A stretch of DNA of 32,000 nucleotides, from contig CAKUSQ010000001.1 in NCBI GenBank assembly GCA_934691225.1, positions 480,001 through 512,000 on the forward strand, given 5' to 3'. A model generated the notes under the pieces. That model saw only the letters and a program-made list of their open reading frames with translations. It searched no databases and was not told the origin of the DNA. Both the position numbers and the translations under genes were made by a program. Numbering within the stretch: position 1 is the first letter of the stretch; every line of letters begins with the position of its first letter. The stretch comes from an uncultured Opitutales bacterium. Lineage in GTDB: Bacteria > Verrucomicrobiota > Verrucomicrobiia > Opitutales > UBA9783. Below are positions 15,955 to 26,339 of the stretch, piece after piece.

Positions 15955-17334
15955 ATGGATGCAGACTTTTTTTATATCGTTGCAGCTGTTCTTCTCATTT
16001 ATGGAATTAAATTGTTAGGGAAGACAGCTACAGCACGTTTGGGAAATTGCATTTCAGCCTGTGGTATGACTTTGGCAGTTTTAGTAACATTATTGAAGTT
16101 TCCACCACAGAATTTAACATTGACATTTGCTGTAAGTTTAATCGGTGCCTATATTGGTTTATTAATGGCTGTAAAGGTACAAATGACAGCAATGCCAGAA
16201 ATGGTAGCGTTGTTTAATGGTTTTGGTGGTTTGGCGAGCGTAGCCGTGGGTATTGTGGAAGGCATTAAACTTAATTATATCCTTGCCGTTTATTATGACA
16301 GCATGGTTTGTTTTTCGCAAATAGCTATTTGTTTAACTTTGATAATTGGTGGTATTACCTTTACAGGTAGTTTAATTGCTTACGGTAAATTGAGTCAAAA
16401 AATTCCTACAGGTTCTATAAGTTTTTGTGGACAAAAATGGTTGGATGTAGGATTATTGATATTGCTACTTTTAGGTTCGTACGAGTGGGTGAATTCGCAC
16501 TGTGTGTTGGCTTTTTATGCTTTATTAGTATTTAGTTTGATTGGAGGAGGTATTTTTGTTTTGCACATTGGTGGTGGAGATATGCCGGTTGTTATTTCTT
16601 TATTGAACAGTTTTTCGGGAATGGCTGCATGTGCGGCAGGATTGATTGTTTTTAATAAGGTTTTGATTGTAGCGGGTTGTTTGGTTGGAACAAGCGGGCT
16701 TATTTTGACATTGATTATGTGTAAAGCAATGAATTGCTCTATAAAAAAAGTTTTGTTAGGTGGTTTTGCAAAAAAGAGTGTAGCTTCTAAAGGTAATTTG
16801 CAGGGGACTGTGAAAACAAGTACGTTGGAAGAGGCTTATTATGTTCTAGAAGCAGCTAGAACCGTTGCTATTGTTCCTGGATATGGATTAGCGGTTGCAC
16901 AAGCGCAACATGCGGTTAAGGATTTGGCACAAAAGTTGATGGATAATGGTGCAGATGTTTTTTATGCTATTCATCCAGTAGCGGGACGTATGCCTGGTCA
17001 TATGAATGTGTTATTGGCTGAAGCGGATGTGGATTATGATCAATTGACAGAGTTAGAATCCGCTAATGTGCGTTTCCCAGATACAGATGTGGCGATTGTG
17101 GTAGGCGCTAATGATGTCGTTAATCCGGCAGCGGTTGAAAATCCTAATTCTCCTTTGTATGGAATGCCAATATTAGAAGTTTATAATGCAAAAACGGTTT
17201 TTGTTTTAAAACGAGGGCAAGGAAAAGGTTTTTCAGGTCTTGAAAATGAGTTATTTGTAAAAGATAATGTGCGCATGATTTATGGTGATGCTAAATCAAC
17301 ATTAACGCAGTTGGTTGCTGAATTTAAAGAATGA
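15955..17334 (+). CDS. pntB: NAD(P) transhydrogenase subunit beta PntB
   Basis: 459 aa. An N-terminal membrane domain is followed by a C-terminal NADP(H) domain III with PGYGLAVAQAQH, IHPVAGRMPGHMNVLLAEA and VVGANDVVNPAA. Confidence 0.92.
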   Translation: MDADFFYIVAAVLLIYGIKLLGKTATARLGNCISACGMTLAVLVTLLKFPPQNLTLTFAVSLIGAYIGLLMAVKVQMTAMPEMVALFNGFGGLASVAVGIVEGIKLNYILAVYYDSMVCFSQIAICLTLIIGGITFTGSLIAYGKLSQKIPTGSISFCGQKWLDVGLLILLLLGSYEWVNSHCVLAFYALLVFSLIGGGIFVLHIGGGDMPVVISLLNSFSGMAACAAGLIVFNKVLIVAGCLVGTSGLILTLIMCKAMNCSIKKVLLGGFAKKSVASKGNLQGTVKTSTLEEAYYVLEAARTVAIVPGYGLAVAQAQHAVKDLAQKLMDNGADVFYAIHPVAGRMPGHMNVLLAEADVDYDQLTELESANVRFPDTDVAIVVGANDVVNPAAVENPNSPLYGMPILEVYNAKTVFVLKRGQGKGFSGLENELFVKDNVRMIYGDAKSTLTQLVAEFKE

Positions 17335-18341
17335 GTGCAACAGATAAAGCCGCTATTGAACCGATAGTTGCGGAAGAAAATAAATTAAGGCCATTGTTAT
17401 TTTCTGATTTTACAGGTCAGGAAAAAACTATCGAGCGTCTTCGAATTATGGTGGGGGCTGCATGTGAACGACAAGATGCACTTAATCATATTTTGCTAAG
17501 TGGGCCTCCTGGGTTGGGAAAAACAACATTAGCTCACATTTTAGGAAATGAGATGGGGGTAAAGGTGCATATAACCTCAGGCCCTGTGATTGAAAAAGCG
17601 GCTGATTTGGCAGGCTTGTTGACTAATTTAGAATCGAAAGATATTTTGTTTATCGATGAAATTCATCGATTGCCAAAAACTGTTGAAGAGTATTTGTTTT
17701 CGGCTATGGAGGATTTTTGCATCGATGTGATGATCGATCAAGGTCCTAATGCTAGGAGTGTTCGTTTAACCATTCCTCGATTTACACTGTTAGGTGCGAC
17801 CACGCGAAGTGGTTTGCTTTCTGCACCTTTACGAACCCGTTTTACATTACAAACGCGGCTTAATTATTATTCTAAGGAAGCTTTGCAGAAAATTATTTTA
17901 CGTTCAGCAGATCTTTTGAACGTTGACTTAAATGAAGAAGCTGCTTTGGAAATTGCCGCTCGTTCGCGAGGAACACCACGTGTTGCGAACAATTTAATTT
18001 ATTTTGTGAGAGATTTTGCACAGCAAAAAGGAATGTCTGAGGTTGATGCGGAAACGGCGAGTCGAGCTTTACAGGTGTTGGATATTGATGAAAATGGTTT
18101 GGATGAGATGGATAAGCGTATTTTATTTGTTTTAGCAAATAATTTTCAAGGGAAACCAGTTGGTATACGAACGCTTTCTATTGCCGTTGGCGAAGAGCCT
18201 GATACATTATCGGAGGTTCATGAACCATTTTTAATGCAAGAAGGTTACCTACAACGTACACCTCAAGGTCGCCAACTAACCCCTAAAGGATGGAAAATTA
18301 TAAACGAAAACCAAGACGTTACATCTTGGTTTAACGCATAA
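17331..18341 (+). CDS. ruvB: Holliday junction branch-migration helicase RuvB
   Basis: 336 aa. It has LRPLLFSDFTGQEKTIERL, the Walker A motif GPPGLGKTTLA, the Walker B motif LFIDEIHRL and sensor motifs. The ATGA arrangement overlaps the pntB stop. Confidence 0.93.
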   Translation: MSATDKAAIEPIVAEENKLRPLLFSDFTGQEKTIERLRIMVGAACERQDALNHILLSGPPGLGKTTLAHILGNEMGVKVHITSGPVIEKAADLAGLLTNLESKDILFIDEIHRLPKTVEEYLFSAMEDFCIDVMIDQGPNARSVRLTIPRFTLLGATTRSGLLSAPLRTRFTLQTRLNYYSKEALQKIILRSADLLNVDLNEEAALEIAARSRGTPRVANNLIYFVRDFAQQKGMSEVDAETASRALQVLDIDENGLDEMDKRILFVLANNFQGKPVGIRTLSIAVGEEPDTLSEVHEPFLMQEGYLQRTPQGRQLTPKGWKIINENQDVTSWFNA

Positions 18342-18343
18342 TT

Positions 18344-19327
18344 TTACTTTTTTCTTTTAAAAAAAGTTGCTTTCTTGAGATTAATAAGCTCTTGATCGTT
18401 GGTTAAACAACAGAAAAATGACGTGCGCAATTCTCTATCTTCAATCCTTTCGGGTGTTAAAAAACATTTTTTTTGATTTTGAATTTTATCATCCCAAAAA
18501 TGAGGATCATACAGCATTATTTCTCGGTTTTTGAGTTTTGTTTGAGTTTGTTCATCTACTTCATCCTTAAGTTCCAAGTAATTTGCTTGGCATTGATCCT
18601 CGTTTTGGACAACAAGAATGTGAGCTTTATGTTGATGGTCGATGAGTAAGAAACTTCCAACAGCATCCAATAAGTAGTATTCTTCAATATCATTTGTTTT
18701 TATCAAATGTCTGAAGTATGTTTGAAATGCAGAAGAATAAATTGCAAGAGGAAATTTGGGCTTAGTTGTAAGCGCTACTTGCAAAGATTCTGTTAAATTT
18801 AGGAAATATTTTTCCTGCATTTGCTTGATAAGTTCTAGTACATCTTCCAATGAAGCTATTTTTTGCTTAGGAACATAATGTTGAATCTTTCTTTCGTTGA
18901 ATGCTTTGATGACAAAATCGTGTTCTGTTTGTCCTGTAAATAAAATTTTTTGCAGGTGTTTGTTAGGAATACGATTGCAAAGTTCAACGCCGTTTATGCA
19001 ATTCGGACCTAAGTCGTAATCAGCGATAACTACAGAGATTTGTTTAAAACGATTCGAATCGTAAATCTTTTTGTGCAGGCTGAAAACATTTAACTTAAAG
19101 GCATAACTATTAGAAGAAAACGTGTCCTCAGGTTCCCAAAATGTTTGAGGAGGCGCTTTTTTCTTATTGTTAATGTAACAAAGAGCCTGTTCGGGATCCG
19201 AAAAGGTTTTAAAAACGGTTGGGTAAGGATTAGACCCGAAAAATAAATCTAACGTTTGTAGATAAATTTCACTGTTATCAATGAAAACAACCTCTGTGGG
19301 GTAAAAACATTTAGGTAGGCTACCCAT
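18344..19327 (-). CDS. Atypical response-regulator-like protein: receiver (REC) domain with large insertion plus uncharacterised C-terminal domain
   Basis: 327 aa. REC landmarks seen by eye are beta1 EVVFIDNSE, beta3 ISVVIADYDLGPNCINGVELC (putative acceptor Asp105), beta4 KILFTGQTE and beta5 HYVPK. An insertion of roughly 45 aa precedes beta3. The C-terminal ~170 aa show no motif I recognise. Confidence 0.5.
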   Translation of the reverse strand: MGSLPKCFYPTEVVFIDNSEIYLQTLDLFFGSNPYPTVFKTFSDPEQALCYINNKKKAPPQTFWEPEDTFSSNSYAFKLNVFSLHKKIYDSNRFKQISVVIADYDLGPNCINGVELCNRIPNKHLQKILFTGQTEHDFVIKAFNERKIQHYVPKQKIASLEDVLELIKQMQEKYFLNLTESLQVALTTKPKFPLAIYSSAFQTYFRHLIKTNDIEEYYLLDAVGSFLLIDHQHKAHILVVQNEDQCQANYLELKDEVDEQTQTKLKNREIMLYDPHFWDDKIQNQKKCFLTPERIEDRELRTSFFCCLTNDQELINLKKATFFKRKK

Positions 19328-19330
19328 ACA

Positions 19331-19750
19331 TTAATAAAAGATTTCTTCTGGCTTAAAAAAACGGGCGATTTCTTTTTTAGCTGATTCTGGGCTATCAGAA
19401 GCGTGTGCAATGTTGCGGGATTTGCTTTCACCAAAATCACCACGAATAGTGCCTTTAGGTGCAACGGATGAATCAGTGGGGCCTAGAAGCTCGCGTGTGA
19501 TAGCAATGCTATTTTTACCTGTAAGAATTAGTACAAGTACAGGACATTCCTGCATATATTTTAAAATGTCTGGAAAAAATGGCTTATCAGCTAGGAAATC
19601 ATAATGATCGCGTAAAATAGTTTCATTTAACTGTATCATTTTACAAGCGGCTAACGATAGACCTGATTTAGCGAAACGTTCCAAAATGGTACCAGCTAAG
19701 TTTTTTTCCATACAATCAGGTTTTAAAATTACCAATGTTTTTTCTTCCAT
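19331..19750 (-). CDS. ndk: Nucleoside-diphosphate kinase
   Basis: 139 aa. It has KTLVILKPDCMEKNLAGTILERF, GPTDSSVAPKGTIRGDFG and the active-site motif NIAHASDS (canonical NxxHGSDS). Confidence 0.92.
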   Translation of the reverse strand: MEEKTLVILKPDCMEKNLAGTILERFAKSGLSLAACKMIQLNETILRDHYDFLADKPFFPDILKYMQECPVLVLILTGKNSIAITRELLGPTDSSVAPKGTIRGDFGESKSRNIAHASDSPESAKKEIARFFKPEEIFY

Positions 19751-19901
19751 AACTGAGTTTTATAGGTTAAATGAATCTTTTTGTCAAGTGGCTTTATAAC
19801 TGATAAAATGGCGTAAAGTTTTTAGAAAAATTTTATTGCATTTTACAAAGAGACTTGTTTTTATTGACTTGAACCTAATTTACCAAAATAGGTAAAATGT
19901 T

Positions 19902-21605
19902 ATGAAACCCTTTCAAGGTACAAGTATCAGTTGCGGTTATGCGACAGGAAAGGCAGGCCTTTACAGAAAAGATCTACCCGTTATTCCATGTTATAGTATT
20001 TCAAAAGAGCAAGTTGAAGGTGAATGGTTGCGTTTTATAAAGGCTTTGGAGTTAACTAAACATCAACTTACAGACTGCAAAAAGGTAGTTGCATTTTCCA
20101 TGGGGGTTGATAAAGCAGATGTATTTGAGGTTCAAATTGCTTTGCTAGATGATAGTTATATTCAGCAGCAGTTGCGAAGTGTACTGATATCAGAATTAAA
20201 AAATGTAGAATTTTGCCTAGAATTTGTTGTTAAAAATTGTATTCAGAAATTTTCCCAGCATAATGTGTTACAGGTTCGTGAAAAGTACTTGGATTTGAAG
20301 GATGTAGCCGTTAGGGTCATGAAAAATTTGTTGTCAAATTCAGCAAATGCACATGTGGGTTCATATCTAGAAGGTAGCATTATTTTTACAAAAGCGTTAG
20401 AGCCTTCGGATGTAATATTTTTACAGAAGTATGATATAAAAGGCATTGTTTTAGAGGAGAATTGTTCAACATCGCATGCGATCATATTGGCGAAAGGTTT
20501 GAATGTACCTATTGTAATAGGTTTGGATAAAATATGCACATTTGTGAAGAATGGTATGCAGGTGAGTTTAAATGGAAGTTCAGGTTTGGTGATTTTAGAG
20601 CCAGATTCGAAATGTGTGAAGTTTAATGAAGACTCAAATGTTGCATACGATGCTGTATCGAGGGATGGATTTGAGGTAGATTTTTGGTTAACTTATGATG
20701 ATTTGCTTACATCAGAAGTTATCAAAAAACTTGGTGCAAAAGGAGTAGGCTTATTTCGTTCAGAGATTGCTTTTATGGAGGAAGCAGGTTTTCCTGATGA
20801 AGTGTGTCAATTTCAACTTTACAAACGGGTTGTTGAAAGCGTTTCGCCTTATCCTGTAATTTTGAGAACGTGGGATGTAGGTGGAGATAAGTTTGTAGGA
20901 AATGCTTTATGTAAAGATCCTAACCCATTTTTAGGGTTGCGGGCTATGCGTTATTGTTTGAGAGAAGTAAAAATTTTTAAAAAACAATTGCGAGCTATGT
21001 TGCGTGCAAGTATTTATGGACGCATAAAAATACTGTACCCCATGATTTCAAGTGCGGACGATCTGTTACAAGCAAATGAGATTTTGGAAATTTGCAAAAA
21101 AGAGCTTAAATTAGAAAAGATTCCTTTTGATGAGCGAATATCTGTTGGCGCAATGGTTGAGCTTCCAAGTGCCGTTTTTGTTTTAGATCAGTTGAGTGAA
21201 TATTGCAATTTCTTCAGTGTTGGTACCAATGATTTAGTTCAGTACACATTAGCAGTAGATCGTACAAATAATAATGTTTCTGAATGGTATGAGGTGACGC
21301 ATCCTGCGATTTTACGTATTTTAAAAAACATTTCAGATGCATCTTTACGTCAAGAAATACCGGTGAGTATATGTGGCGAAATGGCTAACAGTGCCGTTTC
21401 ATTTTTAATGTGTTTGGGTTTAGGTTTTCGTTCTTTTACCGTGCATACAAATCAACTGAAAATGTTAAAAAATGTGCTGCATGTTGTTGATATCAGGGAA
21501 TTGCGTGAATGTGTGTGTGAATGCGTGTGTTATAAAGATTCAAAAAAAGTATTACAATTGTTTGAAAAAAAATATTGTGAAATTTTGAACAGAATAAAAA
21601 AGTAA
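19902..21605 (+). CDS. ptsI: Phosphoenolpyruvate--protein phosphotransferase (PTS enzyme I)
   Basis: 567 aa. The phospho-His region is CSTSHAIILAKGLNVPIV. PEP-utilising TIM-barrel motifs are GLFRSEIAFM and FFSVGTNDLVQYTLAVDR. No HPr or EII genes are in the window. Confidence 0.88.
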   Translation: MKPFQGTSISCGYATGKAGLYRKDLPVIPCYSISKEQVEGEWLRFIKALELTKHQLTDCKKVVAFSMGVDKADVFEVQIALLDDSYIQQQLRSVLISELKNVEFCLEFVVKNCIQKFSQHNVLQVREKYLDLKDVAVRVMKNLLSNSANAHVGSYLEGSIIFTKALEPSDVIFLQKYDIKGIVLEENCSTSHAIILAKGLNVPIVIGLDKICTFVKNGMQVSLNGSSGLVILEPDSKCVKFNEDSNVAYDAVSRDGFEVDFWLTYDDLLTSEVIKKLGAKGVGLFRSEIAFMEEAGFPDEVCQFQLYKRVVESVSPYPVILRTWDVGGDKFVGNALCKDPNPFLGLRAMRYCLREVKIFKKQLRAMLRASIYGRIKILYPMISSADDLLQANEILEICKKELKLEKIPFDERISVGAMVELPSAVFVLDQLSEYCNFFSVGTNDLVQYTLAVDRTNNNVSEWYEVTHPAILRILKNISDASLRQEIPVSICGEMANSAVSFLMCLGLGFRSFTVHTNQLKMLKNVLHVVDIRELRECVCECVCYKDSKKVLQLFEKKYCEILNRIKK

Positions 21606-21704
21606 AAGTCAGATGAAAAAGTCTTGACAAATGTTTTGTTTTTTAATTCAATAATTTTAAATTACTCTTTTAGAGGTAATTGTAAACTAGAAAGATAAAA
21701 TAAA

Positions 21705-22304
21705 ATGAATAAAAAAGTATTGTTCGGAGTTTTCGGATTAGCTGGTAGTTTGTTTGCTGCAGATAATGCAGTTTCTTCATTCAACCCATATGCCGCTGTT
21801 AAAGGTGGATACTCAATGTTGAGCAAAAAAGATTCCGTTAAGTATAAGAGCGGTTTCGTTGGTGCTGCAGAATTGGGTGTTGCTTATGATGCATGGCGTT
21901 TAGGTTTGGAAGTTTCTTATCGTAAAAATAAGATCAAGGACAGCAAAACAGATAACAAAGCTGTTAAAGGCCAATACAATAAAGTTAATGCTTTGGCGAG
22001 CATGATCAATGTTTACTACGATTATGCTTTGACAGACGAATGTTCATTGTACGCAGGTGCAGGTGTTGGTGTTGCTAAAGTTGCTTTCACAAAACAAAAC
22101 AAATTGGAAGATTCCAAGACTGTATTTGCATGGCAGGTAATGGCAGGTCTTGCTTATGACATCAATGAAAATTGGGTTGTTGAAGCAGGATATCGCTTGT
22201 TCAATACCAATAAAGTACAAGTACGTACAGCAGCTGGTGATGTTAAGAGAGTAAAAGCTCCATTTGCTAGCAGCGTAGAGCTTGGCTTGCGTTACAACTT
22301 CTAA
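21705..22304 (+). CDS. Small outer-membrane beta-barrel protein (OmpA-like/porin-family beta-barrel domain)
   Basis: 199 aa. The signal peptide is MNKKVLFGVFGLAGSLFA|AD. Amphipathic beta-strands alternate (GLEVSYR, AWQVMAGLAYD, VVEAGYRLF). The C-terminus LGLRYNF ends in an aromatic residue, typical of OMPs. A strong terminator follows. Confidence 0.8.
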   Translation: MNKKVLFGVFGLAGSLFAADNAVSSFNPYAAVKGGYSMLSKKDSVKYKSGFVGAAELGVAYDAWRLGLEVSYRKNKIKDSKTDNKAVKGQYNKVNALASMINVYYDYALTDECSLYAGAGVGVAKVAFTKQNKLEDSKTVFAWQVMAGLAYDINENWVVEAGYRLFNTNKVQVRTAAGDVKRVKAPFASSVELGLRYNF

Positions 22305-22328
22305 TTGTTGTAAGGTAACAAAACTTAA

Positions 22329-22356
22329 GGCACATCGAAAGATGTGTCTTTTTTTA
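22329..22356 (+). terminator. Rho-independent terminator of the OMP gene
   Basis: GGCACATC-GAAA-GATGTGTC forms an 8-bp stem including one G-U pair, with a GAAA tetraloop. It is immediately followed by TTTTTTTATT, 25 nt after the stop codon. Confidence 0.85.
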
Positions 22357-22441
22357 TTGGTTTAATAAAATGCGCTATGAAATTTTTTCATAAAAAACTT
22401 GCTTTTATTAATTGAATATCGTACTTTACTAGAAGTTTATT

Positions 22442-22517
22442 GCCCTGTTCGTCTAGTTGGTCAGGACATCGGGTTCTCATCTCGACAACAGGAGTTCGAA
22501 TCTCCTACAGGGTGCCA
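22442..22517 (+). tRNA. tRNA-Glu (anticodon CUC), CCA encoded
   Basis: Hand-folded cloverleaf of 76 nt. The acceptor stem is GCCCTGT/ACAGGGT with a G1-U72 wobble. The D arm is GTCT-AGTTGGTCA-GGAC. The anticodon arm is TCGGG-TTCTCAT-CTCGA, giving anticodon CTC. The variable loop is CAAC and the T arm is AGGAG-TTCGAAT-CTCCT. The discriminator is G, followed by CCA. The layout is collinear with E. coli tRNA-Glu. Confidence 0.9.
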
Positions 22518-22599
22518 TTGTTAATGAGTTGTATGCAAGTGTTGCTTTTATTATTATTTTTCTTGTATTGTTTTAAAAATTAGTCTTACATGCTCTTAT

Positions 22600-24063
22600 A
22601 TGGTCGAAAGCGATAACACTTTGTTTGCTATTAGAAAAGAAAAGTTTGATGCTTTGTGTCAGAAGGGAAAAAATCCGTTTCATGCGCATTGCGATCAGAC
22701 GCATACAACACAGCAAGTAGTAACATTGTTTGAAGCAGCTGAAAAAACGGGTTTATTGGAATTAAATGTGGCGGTTGCAGGTCGTATTGTTGCTTTTCGA
22801 TTGATGGGTAAAGCCTCATTTTTAAAACTTTTAGATCAAAAAGGGACCTTGCAGGTGTATGTTTCGAATAATGAAGAAACAGGTATTGGTGCTGCAGCGT
22901 ACGAAGATTTTAAGCGTTTAGATATAGGTGATTTTGTGGGCGTGGAAGGTTCTGTATTTAGGACAACCACAGGTGAGATTACTGTTCGAGCTAAGAAATA
23001 TACTTTGGTTTCCAAATCTTTTCGTTCTTTGCCCGATAAGTTTCATGGTTTGAGTAATCCAGATACAATTTATCGTCAAAGGTATTTGGATTTGATTGTT
23101 AATCCGGATTCACGCGAACGGTTTTTTAAACGTTCTGCTATTATAAAAGGAATTCGTGAGTTTTTATGGTCTAGGGATTTCGTAGAGGTGGAAACGCCGA
23201 TGTTGCAAGATGTCGCAGGTGGGGCAGCAGCACGGCCGTTTGTAACGCATATGAATGCTTTGGATCGCGATTTTTACTTAAGAATTTCGCTTGAGCTTTA
23301 TTTAAAGCGTATGCTAGTAGGTGGATATGATCGTGTCTTTGAGATTGGGCGTAATTTTCGCAATGAAGGTCTTTCGCGCCGGCATAATCCTGAATTTACA
23401 ATGATTGAATTGTATCAAGCGTACAGTGATTATCGAGGAATGATGCGGCTTGTTTACGACCTTATTCAGTTCCTATGTAAAAATGTTATTGGAAAAGCGA
23501 CTTTATCGAGTTATACAGGGCAGACGATTGAATTGGGCGGTCAGTGGCGTGAAATTACGTATAGTGATTGTATTTTAGAAGCAACAAAAGATCCTCAGTG
23601 GTTTTCACGTTCGAAGGAAGAAAAATTGCAAGCGTGCGAAAATTTGAAAATAGATGTAAATCCTGCATGTGAAGATTTTGAAATTACAAATAATGTTTTT
23701 GAAAAATGTGTAGCTCCACGCTTGGTTCAACCTACTTATGTAACGCAATTGCCAAAAGAGCTTTGTCCATTAGCGAAAATCAATGAAAAGGATGGACGTT
23801 ATATTGATGTTTTTGAGTTATATATAAATGGTCAGGAAATAGCCCCTGCTTATTCTGAACAAAATGATCCATTTGTTCAACGTCGTATGTTTGAAATTCA
23901 AGCAGGAGAAGAAACACAAAAAGTGGATGAAGAATTTTTAACGGCATTGGAGTATGGTATGCCTCCTGCAGGTGGAATGGGAATCGGTATTGATCGTTTA
24001 TGTATTTTGTTAACAGAAGCTGATAATATACGGGATACTTTGTTATACCCGACTTTGAAGTAA
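22600..24063 (+). CDS. lysS: Lysine--tRNA ligase, class II
   Basis: 487 aa. It has an OB-fold anticodon-binding N-domain (VAGRIVAFRLMGKASFLKL). Class II motifs are FVEVETPML, FEIGRNFRNEG and GMGIGIDRLCILL. Confidence 0.93.
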   Translation: MVESDNTLFAIRKEKFDALCQKGKNPFHAHCDQTHTTQQVVTLFEAAEKTGLLELNVAVAGRIVAFRLMGKASFLKLLDQKGTLQVYVSNNEETGIGAAAYEDFKRLDIGDFVGVEGSVFRTTTGEITVRAKKYTLVSKSFRSLPDKFHGLSNPDTIYRQRYLDLIVNPDSRERFFKRSAIIKGIREFLWSRDFVEVETPMLQDVAGGAAARPFVTHMNALDRDFYLRISLELYLKRMLVGGYDRVFEIGRNFRNEGLSRRHNPEFTMIELYQAYSDYRGMMRLVYDLIQFLCKNVIGKATLSSYTGQTIELGGQWREITYSDCILEATKDPQWFSRSKEEKLQACENLKIDVNPACEDFEITNNVFEKCVAPRLVQPTYVTQLPKELCPLAKINEKDGRYIDVFELYINGQEIAPAYSEQNDPFVQRRMFEIQAGEETQKVDEEFLTALEYGMPPAGGMGIGIDRLCILLTEADNIRDTLLYPTLK

Positions 24064-24066
24064 AAA

Positions 24067-25013
24067 ATGCAAAAATCGGATCCTGTAAGTATAGTTTTAA
24101 CGTGTGATGATCGTTATGTTCGTCATGCGTCGGCGACTATTGCTTCAGTGGTTGCTAATTCTAATCGAAATTTTTGTTTTTATATCTTTAATTGTGGAAT
24201 TTGTGAAGAAAATATCAAAAAACTTCTTTTATGGAAATTAGAAAGAGCTGAAATTAAAATAATTTCCATGAAAAAAGTCGATATTTTCGAACAATTTCCT
24301 GTTGCATCGCATTTTTCATCAGCTATTTTTTATAGAGTTGCTATTCCGGAAATTATGAAGGACTTGGATCGAGTTATTTATATGGATAGTGATATTATTG
24401 CGTTGGGAGACTTGGGTAAGGTTTGGGATATTGAATTAAGTGACAAATATTTAGGTGTTGTTTATTCGGAAGGTAATTTTTTGTCGGAAAAGGATCTAGA
24501 AAAATATAAAAAAACAATTGGATTGCCTTATGAAAAGCGTTATTTTTATGATGGTTTCATATTGATGAATTTGAAGGTTTGTAGAAAAGAACAATTGTTA
24601 TCACAAGTGCTTTCATTTTTGCAAAAAAATAAAGACAAAAATCTAATTTGTCCTGAACAGGATATTTTGAATCATATTTTGTGCAATGCAAGTTTATTAC
24701 CTTTGGATCCGAAGTACAATTTTACACCTTTTTCTCCCTTAGTAAGCAAGAAGGTAAATGTAAAAAATATTGTATGTATCCATTATTCTATCTTTAAACC
24801 ATGGTGTTATCCTAGAAGTTTTTTGGCACATTTCCCGTTAAAACAGTGCCGTTTTATGGTTGTTTATTATCAATATGCAATGGCAACGCCGTTTGTAAAA
24901 GAAGTAAATAAAGATGTGAGTTATGTGTGCACTTTGAAAATGTTATACAAATGTTTATTTCAACCATTGGAAAGGTTTTTTAGAAAAGTAAGAAATAAAA
25001 TAAGGCAAAGAAT

Positions 25014-25026
<13 letters not shown>
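24067..25026 (+). CDS. Glycosyltransferase family 8 (LPS/LOS alpha-glycosyltransferase-like, RfaJ/LgtC type)
   Basis: 319 aa. The N-terminus IVLTCDDRYVRHASATIASV, RVIYMDSDIIALGDL (DxD) and later CPEQDILNH are GT8 hallmarks. Confidence 0.8.

Positions 25027-26333
<1,307 letters not shown>

Positions 26334-26339
<6 letters not shown>

Noticed and set aside
21507-21530. A 12-bp tandem duplication with a (GT)n core, GAATGTGTGTGT/GAATGCGTGTGT, encodes ECVCECVC near the 3' end of ptsI.
   Set aside because: There are only two imperfect copies in a non-conserved C-terminal tail. That is too short to argue for function or variability.
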